Assembly: GCA_951406725.2 (NCBI GenBank)
Contig: OX597818.1
Coordinates: 41,416,001 to 41,480,000, forward strand
Direction of reading: 5' to 3'
Source of the DNA: Octopus vulgaris
Taxonomy: Eukaryota
DNA: 64,000 nt
Shown: one piece after another, positions 29,631-43,557 of the stretch
Numbering within the stretch: position 1 is the first letter of the stretch
Layout of the letters: each line of letters begins with the position of its first letter
Program-made: the position numbers and the translations under genes
Notes under the pieces: generated by a model
The model's database searches: none
What the model was told of the DNA's origin: nothing
Seen by the model: only the letters and a program-made list of their open reading frames with translations

Positions 29631-29679
<49 letters not shown>

Positions 29680-30098
29680 CGGGAAGCTTTATGAAAATAA
29701 ACAAAAGACGAAGGCAGGTGGAATACAAACAAACAATTGTATTAGTATGGCGCTCAGGAATATAAATAAAACAAGTCTTTTACGTTTCGAGCCTACGCTC
29801 TTCAACAGAAAGATACACAGAAAAGAAACACAGAAAGAAGCAAGGAGAGAAAAAAATGCGTGCAGAAGCTAGCGATATATAAACACATATGTGTGTGCAT
29901 GTTTATGTCCCCCACCTTCGCTTGACAACCGATGTTGGTGTGTTTATGTCCCCGTAAGTTAGCAGTTCGGTAAAAGAAGCCGATAGAATAAGTACTAGGC
30001 TTACAAAGAAAAAGTCTGGAGTCGATTCGTTCGACTAAAGGCGCTGCCCCAGCATGGCCGCAGTGAAATGACTGAAACAAGTAAAAGAATAAAAGAAT
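29483..30098 (+). mobile_element. SINE family A interrupted by a nested insertion
   Basis: 5' half at 29483-29635 and 3' half at 29890-30098, with an insert in the central (TA)n. Confidence 0.8.
29680..29876 (-). mobile_element. Hammerhead-like short element, copy 3, nested in the SINE A microsatellite
   Basis: Minus strand reads tcttt-CTGTTGAA-gagc-gtag-gctc-GAAAC-GTA-aaaga. Confidence 0.7.
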
Positions 30099-30289
30099 AT
30101 GTATACATATATATATATTACATATTTTCCATTTCTCCGCCTTAGAAAAGGGGAGATAATTTTGAGAAACTCAATTTCACTGGTTAGTTTCTAGGGGCAA
30201 TTATGGCCATATTTATATTTATTCTCATTAGCACAGTATAGTCTGTATGAGCCGTGTAGACCCCGAATAGATTTTTTGCAAACAGTTAG

Positions 30290-30580
30290 ATTATGATGAA
30301 TCCAGTGCTTCGTCGTTCTCCTGACCCCTTCTACTGCTGTCTGTCTCTAGCCAGTTGTGGCCATGTAGGCCCTAGGTAGGAGGTCAGATCATCTCATCTT
30401 GTCTTTGGTCGGCCTCTTGGTGTCCATTCCATCACCATGATTGTCCGTCTGTTGTCCTTTAATCATGCTATGTGGCCAGCTCATCTACATTTGTTCTCCT
30501 TGGTGGTTCTTATGATGTCGTTGACTCTCGTATCCAAGGCATTTATTTCCTTGTCCTGCGATGTGATACCGAGCATGATT
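30290..30580 (-). mobile_element. RTE-clade LINE 3' remnant (decayed)
   Basis: Minus strand gives TRVNDIIRTTKENKCR*AGHIA*LKDNRRTIMVMEWTP-RGRPKTR*DD...WPQLARDR, the WAGH/RGRP..RW/A.DR motifs with stops. Confidence 0.75.
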
Positions 30581-30681
30581 TTTGTCTGTAGAAAAAATAT
30601 CACGGAGAGGTTTCTTCATTGGCCCGCTAGCTGGTCAGTTTTTGTTACACCTATTGGTCATTTTCGTCTATTCTCACGCAT

Positions 30682-30758
<77 letters not shown>

Positions 30759-30962
30759 GTTTATATATTTGTTGTGCAAGATTTTTTATGTTAAGTCGTG
30801 TGTTGAAACAGATATCATTATATTTCGGAAGGGTCATTTTGCCAGTTTAGCAGAAATAAGATTAAGATTAATGTAAAAAATAAATAACACTGAAGCAAAG
30901 TAACACCAAATATATAGTGCGTGTGTTTTTATTGGCTAAACTGGCAAAATGACCATTCCGAA

Positions 30963-31027
<65 letters not shown>

Positions 31028-31048
31028 TACTTCTTTCTTCATTTGCAG

Positions 31049-31226
31049 TTATTTGTTCTGGATGTTATGCTGAATTTCTCACGTCTAACTGATGACGACT
31101 TGTATACTCAACTGTGGCGTATAGCTAAAGTGGCTGAAGAAGGAGAGAAAAATGCCGAGCCAGTCGGTATTCTTACTTCACTCCGACGAAATAAATGGGC
31201 AAGCGCAAGACAGAAATTAATGGAAG
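31049..31226 (+). CDS. ChAT: Choline acetyltransferase, internal coding exon B (178 nt)
   Basis: Acceptor ttctttcttcatttgcAG and donor GTttgt at 31227. Translates to LFVLDVMLNFSRLTDDDLYTQLWRIAKVAEEGEKNAEPVGILTSLRRNKWASARQKLME (vertebrate ChAT: [25 protein letters not shown]...PIGLLTS). In frame with exon A; ends in phase 1. Confidence 0.93.
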
Positions 31227-31452
31227 GTTTGTATAATTAACACTTAAAATAGTCTTTGGTTCCATTTATTGGTATTTGTTATTGAATTACAACCATTCTG
31301 GGCTACGACACTGCTTTCAATGGTTTATAAGCGAGAATTTTCGGCTCCTATACTTGTTCAAATATAGTTCTTATTTCATCGGTCATCTTGGCACATGATC
31401 GTTTTGATACAACCGGTAAATATAAACGTATGCCGGATACAAATGCAGGCAC

Positions 31453-31525
<73 letters not shown>

Positions 31526-31880
31526 CCCACACACACAAAAAGAGCGATTTTCTGCCTAGCACCTAGTTTCCATTGGCCTAATTCAACTTACAAATTAAGG
31601 CTGCAGTAGAAGAAACTTACTTGCAAAAGGTACCACATAGTGAAAAATCGAACCTAGATTCACATGTTTACGAAGCAACCTTCTTAACCATACAGCCATG
31701 CTGCATATATACCCGTAATCTTTTCAGCTCTTGATCATCAGACCCAATGGTTGTTTTTTTTTTCTATGAATTAATGTTGATATTATTTGTCAAAATTGTT
31801 CTTCTGTTTGATCAATAAATTCCATATTGATTTTGGTGTTGCTGTTATTAATGTTCTGGTCGATGGTGTTTCTCTGACAG

Positions 31881-32092
31881 ATTCTGCCAATCGAGATTCG
31901 CTTGATGCTATCGAAAGGTCCATTTTCATACTGAGCCTTGACAAGAAACCGCCCGTATCTTTCAACCATCAAAACAGCGTGGACGAAACTCGTGAGCAAC
32001 AGAGAGACGATGTGTCCATGGCTATCCAGATGCTACACGGGATGGGGACTCAGGTCAACAGTGCCAACCGTTGGTTTGATAAGACAATGCAG
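31881..32092 (+). CDS. ChAT: Choline acetyltransferase, internal coding exon C (212 nt)
   Basis: Acceptor tttctctgacAG and donor GTaaga at 32093. The split codon G+AT gives Asp. Translates to DSANRDSLDAIERSIFILSLDKKPP...MAIQMLHGMGTQVNSANRWFDKTMQ, including the choline/carnitine acyltransferase NRW(F/Y)DK motif just before the catalytic EHS segment. Confidence 0.93.
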
Positions 32093-32290
32093 GTAAGAAA
32101 AGAGGCTTTATTGTTTTTTTTTTAATTTTTTAAATATTATTTAATTTTTAAAAAAAACGTTCTTTTGTTCGTTACAGTCATTGGGCTACGACCCAATGAC
32201 GCCGTACAATGGGACTGAACACAAAACCACTTGGCTGGGAAGCAAGATTCTCAGTACATAAGCACGCCAGATCCCATATATATATACATG

Positions 32291-32391
<101 letters not shown>

Positions 32392-32420
32392 AGAGAGACA
32401 GACAAACAGGATGAATAGAC

Positions 32421-32606
<186 letters not shown>

Positions 32607-33167
32607 TAGGATTTTTATGAACGGTAGAAAGATAACTGTGTATGTAAACAAAAAGGTGTATATACATTTTACCATCTTTGGATACAACTGGAGCCATTCA
32701 AGTACTTAGAGTTTTGTGCCAAGGTTCTAATTAATATCTAGGCCCTTCAATAACTCCTGTGGTTATTCTAACCTAAGAGAACACATATATAAACTTAACA
32801 GATTATACATAAATTGTTAAATACGAGTTTGTAATTTCATTGTAATCAATAAAACGTCGTAAATTCTATCCTGTAAATTCCTAATTTAATTAATTTGGTT
32901 ATTAATATTTGTATTATCGTTCTTTAATTATGATTCCATTTCGTATAGCAGCACGCAGTGTATTTAACTAAATAACTGCTACGTACTATTTGTTATCGTC
33001 ACCTAAATAACAGAAAGCCCGCTCTGAACATGTTGAGGATGAGTAAGTAGTCGTTCTGCTCTACCTTCTTCAAAGAAAGGATGGGTTATGATATCGATAA
33101 CATCTAGAAGGTGATTCTTCTTTATTAACTTTTGGTGAATATATCTTTGGCGAGCTGGCAGATGAAA

Positions 33168-33388
33168 GGCGGCGAGCTGGCAGAAAAGTTAGCACGCCGG
33201 GCGAAATGCATAGCCGTATTTCGTCTGGCGTTACGTTCTGAGTTCAAATTCCGCCGAGGTCGACTTTGCCTTTCATCCTTTCGGGGTCGATAAATTAAGT
33301 ACCAGTTACGCACTGGGGTCGATATAATCGACTTAATCCGTTTGTTTGTCCCCTCTGTGTTTAGCTCCTTGTGGGTAGTAAAGAAACA
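33168..33388 (+). mobile_element. SINE family B, well preserved
   Basis: Complete head, core and tail. Confidence 0.85.
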
Positions 33389-33489
33389 AATATATCTTTG
33401 ACCAAGAAGACTTGATGTTATCCGACGATATCCAATGATCATCGGGTGCTTTGAACCTAACCATAATAGCCTTTCTTTGGTCAGTCAGC

Positions 33490-33536
33490 AGAGGTGGTCA
33501 AATCACTGCTCATCATCTACTCCAGGCTTCCAGCTT

Positions 33537-33590
<54 letters not shown>

Positions 33591-33800
33591 GCTCCATAAC
33601 CAGTAAGAGGCTCTTTCTGCTGCCTCTCTCATGATGCGCACAACACCTTTCACTATTTTCTTATTGCAATCGTTATAAGCATTGTCCATACCAATTGGGC
33701 GGGGAATCCCCAACAGCCAACCTGGACAGGGAATAGATAACATAATGCTAGATACACTACACTCCAAAGATAAGGACTGGGTGGTCACAGATGGCATGCT
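33490..33800 (-). mobile_element. HERO-like RLE LINE 3' remnant
   Basis: LFPVQVGCWGFPAQLVW...MREAAERASYWLWSNRE; homologous to 42890-43300. Confidence 0.65.
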
Positions 33801-34207
33801 TTTCGCTATAGGAGCTATGGCACATCAACAACAACAACAACAACTATAAATATCTCTATTTTTTTCCTGCTGAGTTGGTGACGTCACCATCAAACGGTTG
33901 AATGCAACAGTAAAGTCATCGTTATCATTGACCTTTGACATTTGTAAATGTTAAATAAGACTTGCCAACGGTCTTAATTACATGAATCAACATCAGCGTT
34001 TTCGGTTGATCATTTCGACGTTTTAGACCGTTGCATTATCAAAAAACGTGACTTTGGTGTATTTGGAGGATTTTTGAGAAATGTTAAAGACAAAAAGACA
34101 TATGAACCGGAAGAGGAAAACACGCACCAGCTACTTACTGTGTGCTCTATAGCAACTGTAAGCATCATTATCACGATCATCATCATCACCACTACCGTCA
34201 TCTCCAC

Positions 34208-34253
<46 letters not shown>

Positions 34254-34272
34254 GTCGTCATCATCATCGTCG

Positions 34273-34322
<50 letters not shown>

Positions 34323-34494
34323 TACATCATTGCCACCACCACCACCATCATCACTATGTAAAAATTAAAGATATAAGCAAAAAAAAACTCAAAGCAAAGC
34401 AGAAGGCACCGTGCGTATTTTCTTTTACCTGAGTTTAACCAATGGGAAAATCACCAAAATCATATTTTCATAATGATAATAATATTTCTGGGTT

Positions 34495-34938
34495 GTGTGG
34501 GGAGAGGGTAAGTCGATCACATCGACCCCAGTGTTTCACTGGTACTTAATTTATCGACCCGGAAAGGATGAAAGGCAAAGCCGACCTCGGCGGAATTTGA
34601 ACTCAAAGCGTACAGACGGACGAAACACCGCTAAGCATTTTTTTGCCTGGCATGCTAACGATTTCGCCAGCTCGCCGCCTTTTTCATGATAATAATAATA
34701 ATAATAACAATAATAATAATAATAATCTTTTCTACTCTAGGCACAAGGCCCGAAATTTTTAGGGAGGGGCCAGTCGATTAGATCGATCCCAGTACGCAAC
34801 TAGTACTTAATTTATCGACCCCGAAAGGATGAAAGGCAAAGTCGACCTCAGCGGAATTTGAACTCAGAACGTAAAGCCAAACGAAATACCACTAAGCATT
34901 TCGCCCGGCGTGCTAACGATTCTGCCAGCGCACCGCCT
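34495..34938 (-). mobile_element. Two SINE family B copies
   Basis: 34495-34682 and 34727-34938, separated by (TAA)n. Confidence 0.8.
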
Positions 34939-34958
34939 TTTTCATCATCATCATCCTC

Positions 34959-34999
<41 letters not shown>

Positions 35000-35866
35000 C
35001 CTTTCTAATTCTTATCATACAGTATCCATTTAGCAAATCTACTCACAAGCCATTGGTCGATCCGGGCCTATAAGTAAAATACCCTTGTGCAAAATGCCGC
35101 GTAGTGGGATTGAACCACATGATTAGAAGCAAGCTTTTTAAACCATACAGCTACGCCTGACCCCTATCTATGTGTCATATCACTAGAGCTCAATTTCTCT
35201 AACAATTTCCGATTTCTTAAGTTGAATTTACATTACCTTTCAGTTGGTTTATCTCCTTAACTTCACATTCAATACGCCATAACAAAATATCCTTCTTACA
35301 TCCGCCATTGCTCTTTGCTCGCTTATTTCCTAAACTGTCTCCCAAAAATACATTTGGATTTTTTTGTTTGGTTTTATTATTTTTCTATTATTTTCATTTT
35401 TTTTTTCTCATTCTTATAGTAAAAATTCTTCTTCGATTCGTTGTTGATTAATACGAAGCAAGCGTATGCCTGCATTTAACAATAGAATCTAGTTTGTTCC
35501 AACACTGAAGAGACCAACTAAAGGACGTTAACGAAGGAAATGATCGAATATTCATTTTATCTATCAACCATGATTCTATTATCCTCAGCATTCTGTTCTT
35601 TATATATTCAAACAGAATAACGGAATTGATCAACTTCCCCTGAAAACTTCCTCTAGTTATTCGTTCTACTTTAATTCCAGTTCGCTTTTATGGTTTCTAT
35701 TTTTGTAAGGAAAAGTTGGTTCGTTTATCTAATTTAATCTTTATCTACTGAACAATACCTATCGAGTGTGTGTGTGTGTGTGTGTTTCTATCTCTCCGTC
35801 GCTGTCTGTGTGTGTGCGTCCGTGTGTATGTGTGTGTGTATGTGTTTCAAGGTAAGTTTAAGTATC

Positions 35867-35905
<39 letters not shown>

Positions 35906-36063
35906 ACGCACATACATGTGTGTATATGTGTGGATGTGTGCCTGTGTGCCTGTGTCCAACGAGACTTGAACAAGTGCATTTATTTAGATTAAAGTCGAGA
36001 AAACCATGTAAATACACACACACGCACCTGTATATGCATACATACATACACACACACACACAT

Positions 36064-36139
<76 letters not shown>

Positions 36140-36182
36140 TTCACATACATGCAAACATACAGACGTATGTATGAATGCAAGT

Positions 36183-36234
<52 letters not shown>

Positions 36235-36240
36235 AAAGAT

Positions 36241-36618
36241 ACTGTGTGGTAAGCAGCTTGCTTCCCAACCACATGGTTCCAGGTTCAGTCTCACTGCGTG
36301 GCACCTTTGGGTAAGTGTCTTCTACTATAGCCTCGGGCGGATCAAAGCCTTGTGAGTGGATTTTGTATATATACATATATATATTTATGTATATATGTAT
36401 GTGTGTGTTTGTGTATCTGTACCTGCGTTTGTACCCCCACCATCAGTTGACTACCGATGTTGCTGCGTTTACGCCCCCATAACTTATCCGTTTGCAAAAC
36501 ACACCAATAGAATAAGTACTATGCTGACAAAGAATAAATCCTGTTGTCAATGTCTTCGACTAAAGGTGGTGCTCTAGCATGGCCGCAATCACATGACCGA
36601 AACAAGTAAAAGAATAAA
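36241..36618 (+). mobile_element. SINE family A
   Basis: Family head, body and tail. Confidence 0.8.
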
Positions 36619-36661
36619 AAACTACGCCATTTTAATCCCGAGCAACGCCGGGTATCTCTGC

Positions 36662-36719
<58 letters not shown>

Positions 36720-37255
36720 CGCTCTATGTCACGCTGGTGAGACCCATATTGGAGTGCGGGAACAAGCCTCTTCTCCTTATCTCCTCAAAGACATACATCA
36801 TCTCGGAAGAGTCCAGAAGTTGGCTACCTGCATGGTTCTTGGTCTCAAGCATTTGTCTTATGAAGAAAAGCTGAAGACGCTCGACCTTTATTCTCTCGAA
36901 AAACGATGACGCCGTGTTGATATCATTCTCGCTCACAGCATCATAAGCGGAAAGTGTAACCTCTCGAAAGAGCTGTTCTTCACTCCTGCTCCAGAGCATG
37001 GGCTGCGGGGTCACTCCGAAAAGCTCTATCTACGACGATTTCATCTCAATCGAAGGAGAGGGGCTTTCTCCGTCCGGGTTGCGGATCCGTGGAATAAGCT
37101 GCCGGACGAGATAGTGAAGATGCCGACGAAGTTCGAAGTCTCTCTCGACCAGAAATGGCCTGAACTCTTTATATGACCACCCTCCCTGTACATAACTCCC
37201 TATCCCCCTACATTGCCTTGCTTTTGCTTTTTGAGCCAATAAAAATTGAATTGAA
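36720..37255 (+). mobile_element. CR1-clade LINE ORF2 C-terminus and 3' end
   Basis: LYVTLVRPILE..SPYLLKDIHHLGRVQKLATCMVLGLKHLSYEEKLKTLDLYSLEKR*RRVD..LRGHSEKL..AFSVRVADPWNKLP, with a stop and a frameshift; aataaa and attga tail. Confidence 0.85.
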
Positions 37256-37518
37256 TATATATATATATATTAATGAGGGAGTCCGATTTATCATGGTAGA
37301 AAGCCTTCCACCTCATGCGTCTAATCACGTCCATTATCTTTTCCAGCAGCATGCAGGTGTATAGCTCGTTGGATGGCGTGGTGCTGTTTTGGGCACTGGT
37401 CAGCTACTTAACAAACCACTTGGTCTCTGTGAAAAACTCTGGCCAGGGAGCGAAAAGGATTGTCTGTAGGAGAAATAAATCCGGAGCAGAAGCATGATAT
37501 ATATATATATATAATATA

Positions 37519-38222
<704 letters not shown>

Positions 38223-38255
38223 TATATGTATGTATATGTATGTATCTATGTGTAT

Positions 38256-38309
<54 letters not shown>

Positions 38310-38725
38310 ACACATACTATTCCTATTAACATTCAAGTTAGCTCTCTGTATATGTTTGATATTCTTTGATTGTAAGTGTTTACAAGATTGTCACTTGCTA
38401 CTACTTTCTCTGCAATTACTACTGCTACATCCACTACAACAACCATATACCTTCAACAACAACAACAAGAACAGCAATAAGAGTAATATTCTTAGTTCAT
38501 CATAGCAAATTATTTCCAAGAAATGAAATAAGAATCGAAGAACACCGCGAAATCCAATCAAATATTTTCGTATCTTCTGTAATCACATTGTTCAAAAGGA
38601 GAAATTAGTCTGTGATTCAAAAATCGCTTTTATCTGTATGTATGCGCGCGCACTCGTCTGTGTGTGTGTGTGCCCGCGCGGCGTATATGAATGTGTGTAC
38701 GATTGTGTGTGTGATGTGTATCAAC

Positions 38726-38827
<102 letters not shown>

Positions 38828-38846
38828 TATATATTTATAAATATAT

Positions 38847-38882
<36 letters not shown>

Positions 38883-39029
38883 GCAATTTATATATATATA
38901 TAGACATACATATACATACAAACATATATATATATATATATGAACATATGCATATTTACACATATATATCCATATATCACTATATATATATATACATGTA
39001 TAAATATACCACTATATATATACATATGC

Positions 39030-39091
<62 letters not shown>

Positions 39092-39831
39092 GTATGCATG
39101 TATGTATGTGCATGTGTGTGTATGTATGGATATATAGGTATATACGTAAATATATATTTTTGTACGTCTGTGTGTGCGCTCGCGAATATGTAGCTTTAAC
39201 GATATCTATATTCTTCACGTTAATGATATCCGTATATAGACCTAGAGTCCATAAGTTAATTACTATCTACAAATGAAACGCCTATATCACCTGCATTACC
39301 TATATAATAAATGTCTAGGTAGTCATTACTTCAATGACATCTATATTCGTTCGGACACTTATATCATTACCGACCTATATGTTAATATACATAATGATCA
39401 GTGCTCACATATACATGCATACATACATACATCTATATATATATATATACATAGAGAGAGAGAGAGGTACGTGTGTACAAGTGTAGGCGCGTGCAACCGT
39501 TACAGTAAACTGGACGCGCGCACACACATATTTGATGAGATTATTAACACTAATCTCTAATCACTCTTACACGTATATGTATGTGTAAGTGAATGTAAGT
39601 ATATACTCACACACAATACTCACGCATGCATATTTTCTCACTCACTCTCTTCTTCTCTCTCTCCCTCTCTCACTCTCTCCGTCTCTCGGTGGTACGAGCC
39701 TACGAAGCCTTAAGTTTAGTGGAGCACAGTCAAACCATTATCAAATGCGTTGAGTGTCACTTCCTTTTCTTTGTCCACTGATATACATACATACACACAC
39801 ACTCACACATACATAAATACATGCATACATA

Positions 39832-39908
<77 letters not shown>

Positions 39909-40042
39909 GTATGTGTATATATATATACATATATATGTATATATATATAATTTATTTAGGTTAACGTCATTTATTTATAGGAGACACTGTCACATTACGA
40001 TACGTCTTTCGTCATGCAAGTAAGCATTATGTTAATTTGTCT

Positions 40043-40104
<62 letters not shown>

Positions 40105-40189
40105 ATGTTTATATGCCAACATAACGTGGCAGTCCTGTAAATAATGGTGTACGGTGTTACTGTTGTTTTAGCCCCAGGAAATCATTTTG

Positions 40190-40758
40190 TGCAACTGGAA
40201 CTGGCTTTTTGGTCAGCTGAAAGTAGTTTGGGCACAAACTTGGCAGACACGCGTCTCATACCTAAATCTTCAGTGATAATGGACGGAACTGAACCGTAAC
40301 TAATCTGCACATCCTCTGACACCTCACGGGTGGTGATTCGACAAATTCCCCTCACAGCTGCACGCACATCTGCGACGTTTTTCTCAGTTCCGCTGGTTAC
40401 GGGTCTCCCAGAATGTTCGTCAATATCGATATTTTTCGGCCATCTTGGAAACGTCTAAACAACTCGTACACTTATCTGCGGCTCATACACACCTCTCCAT
40501 ACACTTTCTGCAATTTTGCGTGGGCCTCTGAGCATGTATCGCTATGACGACTTTCTCTGTCATGATCAATGCGACGATCACACGCTACATACCCTCCTTC
40601 CAAGCACTGCTGTAAACAGAGGAAGTGAATTAGAGCGTTGAAAATTAGTGCGCACGCACATCAGAGTCGAAAGTCAATTTGTGCCAAGCGGCTTTACTCT
40701 GCATGCTTTATCTTTGTTTTTTATGGCAACAGTCCTGATACTTGTTGATCAGACCTCG
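40190..40758 (-). mobile_element. Mariner transposon 5' half (decayed transposase N-terminus plus TIR)
   Basis: TA|CGAGGTCTGATCAACAAGT terminus. Translation AHAKLQKVYGEVCMSRR*VYELFRRFQDGR..DEHSGRP..RITTREVSEDVQISYGSVPSIITEDLGMRRVSAKFVPKLLS shows the paired HTH and a WVPHEL-like linker, with a stop and a frameshift. Confidence 0.85.
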
Positions 40759-41175
40759 TATATATTTGTATGTGTGCGTATGTATATATGTGTATGTGAG
40801 TGCGAGTATCTGAGTACATGCATTTATGTATATATATGTCTGTGTGCAGATATGTAGTTTTTTGTTTATTTATTGTTTTTTTGTTTTTGTTTTTTATATT
40901 TGTAAGTGTGGAGGTACTTGCGTTTGGTTGTGTATACACATCTACGCTTGCATTTCTATGTGTGTGCATGTACTTTCGACCAAGTGTGTGTGTGCGTATA
41001 GTTGCGTGCATGCATTTATGTATAAATGTAGACGGTGTATATGAGCATACACTTGTCTTTGGTTGTGTAAACAGACATACGTTTGTGTTTATATACATTT
41101 GGGAAAGTACCTGAGTTTGTGTACATAACTCTCAAGTAAAAACCAAATAGAATTGATATATATATACAGCAATTG

Positions 41176-41229
<54 letters not shown>

Positions 41230-41250
41230 ACGTATGGCTCGTAATCCAAG

Positions 41251-41291
<41 letters not shown>

Positions 41292-41296
<5 letters not shown>

Positions 41297-41658
41297 CTGG
41301 GATTACGAGCCATACGTCCCCTGCCCAATTCAGGATCACAATATATAGGTACACTGTGACACAATTTCCTTTCTTCAAAAGGCCCTACCCTGTTTAACAT
41401 TGTCCCAAAACTAATCAAAGAGGAAAAGGATCCCATGACCTTTAACCGGAGTCTGTACAAATTTCTTCAAGGAATACCAGATAACCCACCTATACCTGGA
41501 TACAATTCACTCAACAAGACCTCCCTACTCGCTCGAATGAACCATGATGCCACAAAACATGACTTAGAAAGGTTTTAGATAATCCTAGCAGGTGGTGCTA
41601 TTAAGTTAGACATGGCCTGGACCAATCTTTGGTCGAAACATATCTAAGTTTATCTAAG

Positions 41659-41660
<2 letters not shown>
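41292..41660 (+). mobile_element. CR1/L2-group LINE 3' remnant (same family as 38002-38222)
   Basis: FLSSKGPTLFNIVPKLIKEEKDPMTFNRSLYKFLQGIPDNPPIPGY; tatctaagt tail repeat. Confidence 0.7.
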
Positions 41661-41723
<63 letters not shown>

Positions 41724-41725
<2 letters not shown>

Positions 41726-41921
41726 GGAAAGTTTACGAAAATAAACAAAAGACGAAGGCAGGTGGTGTACAAACAAACAAATGTATTAGTATAGCGCTCA
41801 GGAATAGAAAAGTATTTTACGTTTCGAGCCTACGCTCTTCTACAGAAAGATACACAGAAAAAAACAAGGAGAGAAACAAGGAGGGAAAAAATGTGTGTAG
41901 TAGCTAACGATCTATCATGGG
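41724..41921 (-). mobile_element. Hammerhead-like short element, copy 4
   Basis: Minus strand reads cttt-CTGTAGAA-gagc-gtag-gctc-GAAAC-GTA-aaat; abuts (TA)n. Confidence 0.7.
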
Positions 41922-42889
41922 AACTTTTTAGATTAGTTAAAATATACTTGTGATATATTTGAACTTCTACAGGCAAATTCACTGCAATTACCGTAAAGAA
42001 AAAATTCTCTCTTATGGTAAAAGGTGTACTAACACCATATCTGCCCAGTGTCCCCAACCCTTGTTGGATTTCCAGACGCAACGTTTCTAGCTGTTTAGTT
42101 GTTATCAATGGGAAATAGCGACGAAGTGCCTACTTTCGACTAAGGGCGAGCGAGTGTGTGTGTGTGTATGTGTGGTGTGTGTGTGTGTATGTGTGTGTAT
42201 GCGCGCGTGTGTGTGTGTATATGTGTGTGTATGCGTGTGTGTGTGTGTGTGTGTGTTTACGTGTGCGTGTGTGTGCACCAGTACATGCGCTGTATAAGTG
42301 CTGGTATAATTGTATGTCTGTATTACAAATTAAAATATTCTCAATTGCACGCAAATTTTATTTGCTAATATTACTGTCAACACGGTCAGATGGTCAGATA
42401 GATTTATTGGCTTCATACCATACCTTTACTGTATCTAATTGAATTATACACGGTAGCTTGAGCAAATACGGTCACTAGGTGCTGTCTGCAGACACCAATT
42501 CCGTCACCTTAAACTCAGAAACTTTGTTGTGTCGAATCTGACTCTTTCGTTCATTTCCCGACAAATCAACGAATGAGCCTCCGCTACGTGGTGTTCAACC
42601 TGCTAGAAATAATAACCAAATCTCCTTCGAATCACAAGTGACGGTTTTCAAAACAAATGGACGTGTGGAATAATTGTAGTCACCTATTTGATAAAAATAC
42701 AGGTGATTCAACACAGGAACGATACGATTTTCACTATGGATGGGCATCCTCTACACCCTTGAAACTTTAAGTAATGTGGATCTGAAGCAAAGTGTTATGT
42801 GTGCGTGCGTGTGTGTGCGCGTGCGTGCGTGCATGTGTGCGTGCGTGGGGTGTTAATATCACCTGTAAAGAGATGTTTTTTGCATTCAC

Positions 42890-43300
42890 CAAAGTGAATG
42901 GTGCCTTGACCAGGAGGAACTGAAGTCATCAGACGGTATCCCGCGTTCATCGGGTGTTTCGATCCTGGCCCGTAACACCTCCCCGTTGGTGGGTCAGCAG
43001 AGGTAGCCAAGTCACTGCTCTTCATCTTCTCCTGGCTTCCAGCTTAACTCCTCTCTCTTGCTCCAAAGCCAACAAAAGGCTCTTTCAGCTGCCTCTCCCA
43101 TCCTGCGCACAGCCACCTTTCGCTCCTTTCCAGTGGCTCAAAGCATCCTCCATACCGACTGTGCAGGGAATCCCCTACAGCCAAACTGGACTTGGAAAAG
43201 CCGTACCTGCCATCCCTTCTCCATGCAATCCTGCTGAAGGATCTCATATCTGGCATGCTTCCGTTCATGGGCCTTATCACATCCTTCTTCCCACGAGAAG
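42890..43300 (-). mobile_element. HERO-like RLE LINE C-terminus and 3'UTR
   Basis: WEEGCDKAHERKHARYEILQQDCMEKGWQVRLFQVQFGCRGFPAQSVWRML..MGEAAERAFCWLWSKREE, the tail of a restriction-like endonuclease domain. Confidence 0.75.
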
Positions 43301-43470
43301 CATATGTATTCCGAGAAAGAAGAGTAGAACCATTTATAGTAGTGAAATAGCAGCTATAAATAATTTAACTCTTATTTCTAGCAATATATATGTCATTGTA
43401 ACACATACAGTCAAAATTAGCGACGACTAAATTTTGCCTATACGGTTTATATTTCGCGCAGCTGCCCACA

Positions 43471-43557
<87 letters not shown>

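Noticed and set aside
31787-31880. In-frame upstream extension of exon C (MSKLFFCLINK...)
   Set aside because: No ChAT similarity before the acceptor at 31880; exon B supplies the homologous residues and the correct phase.
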